This document shows, piece after piece, positions 61,251 through 64,000 of a stretch of 64,000 bases of DNA. The position numbers were made by a program, and so were the translations under genes. Under the pieces are notes generated by a model. That model saw only the letters and a program-made list of their open reading frames with translations, was not told the DNA's origin and did not search any database. Origin of the DNA: Cirrosporium novae-zelandiae (Eukaryota); contig JAPETS010000040.1 in the NCBI GenBank assembly GCA_026023565.1, positions 186,001 through 250,000 of the forward strand, written 5' to 3'. Position 1 is the stretch's first letter. The number at the start of each line of letters is the position of its first letter.

Positions 61251-62942
61251 TCATAAACCAGACCCCTTGTTCATGCCCATGATTCGCCCGTGCCTGACCG
61301 CCCCAATACTTACTCCGCACTCGCCGGTCATCCAACCGGGCATCTTCTCACCATCGACGGCACCGCTTTCTACCAGTTGGCGGATGCCGGCGAAGATGTG
61401 AGAGCCATGGAATGTAAGGCGGACATCGGGCTTCCATGGGTTGTCAGCCGCTCCATGCTCCTCCAACTCGGGTTGATCATCATCTACCGGCAGGCCATCG
61501 AGGAATGATCGTCTCCCTCGTTTGGATGACCTGCCTTCTTCCCCGCCTGCTCTTAAAGCTGCATTTGCCGATCCATCGTCGCCATTATCTACCTCCGCCA
61601 CACTTCTACCAAATGGAAAGGGCTCTTCGAGTCTGATTTCAAGTCTGTCTAGGCCCTTCCCATCGCCAACCAACCCCGAGTTTCCAAAGCGGTTATTAGC
61701 AATACATTTTATGCGCTTAATGTTCGCTTCGTCTATAGCATTCCGTATAATAGGTTGCTCCAGCCCTGGCCGTCCCCTCTTCCTATTTCTTACTTGCCCT
61801 TGCTGGTTTCCCTCTGATATGTTCTCTTTATCTTCCCCAATCTCACTAGAGCCATAATCGATAGATTTTCGTTTAATTAAAACATGATCTAATGGCGAAC
61901 AATCAGCTGTTCCGTCGGCAAATCTGTTCCAGCCCCCGGCAGCAGCATGGGCTCTGCCCGGTCCTCTCAGCTCGAGTAATGTCTCTAGGGACTTAGAGCT
62001 CAAAGATGTGGTTTGCAGCTCATAATGCCCCTCGGGATGTGAAAAAGCCTTTGGCAAAGCATTGAGAACAACTTTCTTCAGGTTCTGACCTTCGCCGCTA
62101 GCAGCCCGACCTTGTGTAGATGACGATGAAATATAAATGTGAGGCGTGCCATCAGGGAAAGCGGCCCATAAAGTTTTCGAAGACTCTAGTGATGACGCTT
62201 GCCTGGAGTTCCGAGTGCTGGATAGCAAATTTTGAGTATTGTATGGCGAGTCCGTAAAGTAGATGCGCAATAGTGTCAATGGCAGCTCTTTGGCACGATG
62301 CAAATAGCAATGTGCTTTCGCTAGTGGCGCTATTTCCCGTTGCAAGTTTTGTATGAATGTGGGTCCATGGAATCGTGGCAACGTCTCGAGTTCTTCAAAG
62401 ATTCTTTCACCTTTCTCCACTCCATCTGTAGACCCACCGTCAATATCATCACCTTCAGATATTACAGCAGTAATCCGCACCACTTTCACGGCCGTCCATC
62501 GCTGAACTGAAGGATGCGCCAACAAATGCCGCGACTCTGCGTCAGCGATCTGATATAGCGAAATCCCATTTTTCCAGTCGCACTCTAGCATTCGATCTAA
62601 TACCTCGCGCTTCCCACCTTTCTTCCCTTCAAAATCGCGATAGATGTCGCGTAACTCTTCTATGCTCGCCGCGGGGGTGAATCCGCCTGTATCGTATCCA
62701 TCTAGTGCAACTTCGTCATAATCTTCATCTTCGCCTTGGCCAGATTCGTGCAAAAAAGGATTGCATGTAAATTGAACCTCTGGGTTTTCATGGAGCCAGG
62801 AAAGGGCAAGAGAGATCAAAGCGGGTCGGGAAAGGCGTGAGAGTGTCCGAAACACTGTGGGTGAGGCTGAGGGGAAGAGAAGGATTGATGGAAGAGCGGC
62901 GGTGGTGGGGATTGTAGGTCGTTTTCGATGGTTAGGAGGCAT
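61251..62942 (-). CDS. CHL4: Kinetochore protein Chl4 / CENP-N family
   Basis: TLSRLSRPALISLALSWL, KGGKREVLDRMLECDWKNGISLYQIA and LTFHGSHIFAGIRQLVE..MPGWMTGE. First ATG is at 62942. Confidence 0.85.
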   Translation of the reverse strand: MPPNHRKRPTIPTTAALPSILLFPSASPTVFRTLSRLSRPALISLALSWLHENPEVQFTCNPFLHESGQGEDEDYDEVALDGYDTGGFTPAASIEELRDIYRDFEGKKGGKREVLDRMLECDWKNGISLYQIADAESRHLLAHPSVQRWTAVKVVRITAVISEGDDIDGGSTDGVEKGERIFEELETLPRFHGPTFIQNLQREIAPLAKAHCYLHRAKELPLTLLRIYFTDSPYNTQNLLSSTRNSRQASSLESSKTLWAAFPDGTPHIYISSSSTQGRAASGEGQNLKKVVLNALPKAFSHPEGHYELQTTSLSSKSLETLLELRGPGRAHAAAGGWNRFADGTADCSPLDHVLIKRKSIDYGSSEIGEDKENISEGNQQGQVRNRKRGRPGLEQPIIRNAIDEANIKRIKCIANNRFGNSGLVGDGKGLDRLEIRLEEPFPFGRSVAEVDNGDDGSANAALRAGGEEGRSSKRGRRSFLDGLPVDDDQPELEEHGAADNPWKPDVRLTFHGSHIFAGIRQLVESGAVDGEKMPGWMTGECGVSIGAVRHGRIMGMNKGSGL

Positions 62943-63385
62943 TGCCTTGTTATCAAGTAGTAGTAATGCTGTAGGGATGGTAGGTGGGTTGAAATAAATA
63001 ATTATACAACTACATTTTCTGTATGCGACACGATAAATCTCTAAATTATCGATGCTGGTCTTCTGCTGGTGACGAGGATCGGTAGGGTAAATAAAGGGCG
63101 AGGCGCAACGGAGGCGACAAGGATGGAGCTCTGGTTGACCGCTCAAGGGCTCTAGAGGCCGAAGGAGCCTTCACATGCTTGAATCTTGTTTGTAAGGTCT
63201 GTCACTGAGGTCACTTTGGTAGGTGGCTCAACATCATTGGAATGCATTCAATGCTAATCTTCTAGCACGCCCAAATTTGCTTCATATCTAATGTTCTTTT
63301 TCTTCTCTTCATGGCGTCGGATGTGCGACTTACTATTCAACTCAATAATTGTTTAATTCATAGCTAATTGCTTCAGCGCTTCAAT

Positions 63386-64000
63386 ATGGCGAGCGGGAGA
63401 CTTCCTTTCGTAGGTAGACTTTATCTGTAAGTACCTCCCTACCATGGATCACAACTTTCCTACTGGAATTGTTTCGCAAATTCTTTATCTTTGTGCTTCT
63501 TCTTGGTGGCTGGGGTGGAAGGGATGCCATTCTATTATGATGAAACATTCATATGGGGCCTATTTGTGCTAATTATCATCCTTTCTTACTACACAGACGC
63601 GAATATCTTGCTCTCTTTGGCTCCTTTATTCTCATCTTTCTCGAAAGCACTATCAGAATAGCTACTCTCCTTCTTCGTACGTACAATAGTCCCAAGAATC
63701 TTTGGGCTTTTGTTTCTAATGGGTCATTGGCAGCTCAACCCATAATACAATTCTGCTACGATCGTTCCAAAACCGTATTCAACGCCTTCTCCTCTCCTCA
63801 AAGCCGTCAATCTCGCTCTAAAAGACGGACGATTACCCATTCCATAGCATGCGCAGCCGACTTCGTGGATCTATGTGCAATCTATGGCTATTATGCAGAG
63901 GAGCATGTGGTCCAGACAAATGACGGATACCTCCTTGGCTTACATAGACTTGCATGCCGCAAAGGTGAAGAAGGGCGCCTCGTAAATGCTGGACCAGGTA
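63386..64000 (+). CDS. TGL1: Sterol esterase / triglyceride lipase (Tgl1-like), 5' part, runs off the window
   Basis: Spliced MASGRLPFVGRLYLREYLALFGSF..DFVDLCAIYGYYAEEHVVQTNDGYLLGLHRL (AB-hydrolase-associated lipase region); two canonical introns. Confidence 0.85.

Overview
Gene-dense nuclear DNA of a filamentous ascomycete (Pezizomycotina-type GT-AG introns with CTRAY branch points). Compact genes alternate with microsatellite-rich spacers. About 20 conserved genes can be rebuilt: a partial 5'-truncated gene, an SDR, Tudor-SN, Cwc24, ApsA/Num1, a BAR-SH3 protein, a DUF2439 protein, a DUR3 urea transporter, NAD(P)HX epimerase, MRPS16, an Avt-type transporter, RO-10, TRAPPC13, a small SET protein, a SWIM-RING protein, Sok1, a Zn2Cys6-acetyltransferase-fold fusion, Chl4 and a partial Tgl1. 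Three small candidate genes that are easy to miss were also found: a 10-Cys hydrophobin-like secreted protein, a Cys/His micro-protein and a small TM protein. The most striking unexplained element is a roughly 1.75-2 kb non-coding locus (~50640-52390). Its ends are complementary, and it contains nested helices and a possible U-rich/A-rich pseudoknot. It is a candidate large ncRNA, possibly a telomerase RNA, but it lacks the canonical TAACCCTAA template. No transposase, rRNA, tRNA or CRISPR array was found. All family assignments come from recognised motifs; no database searches were run.
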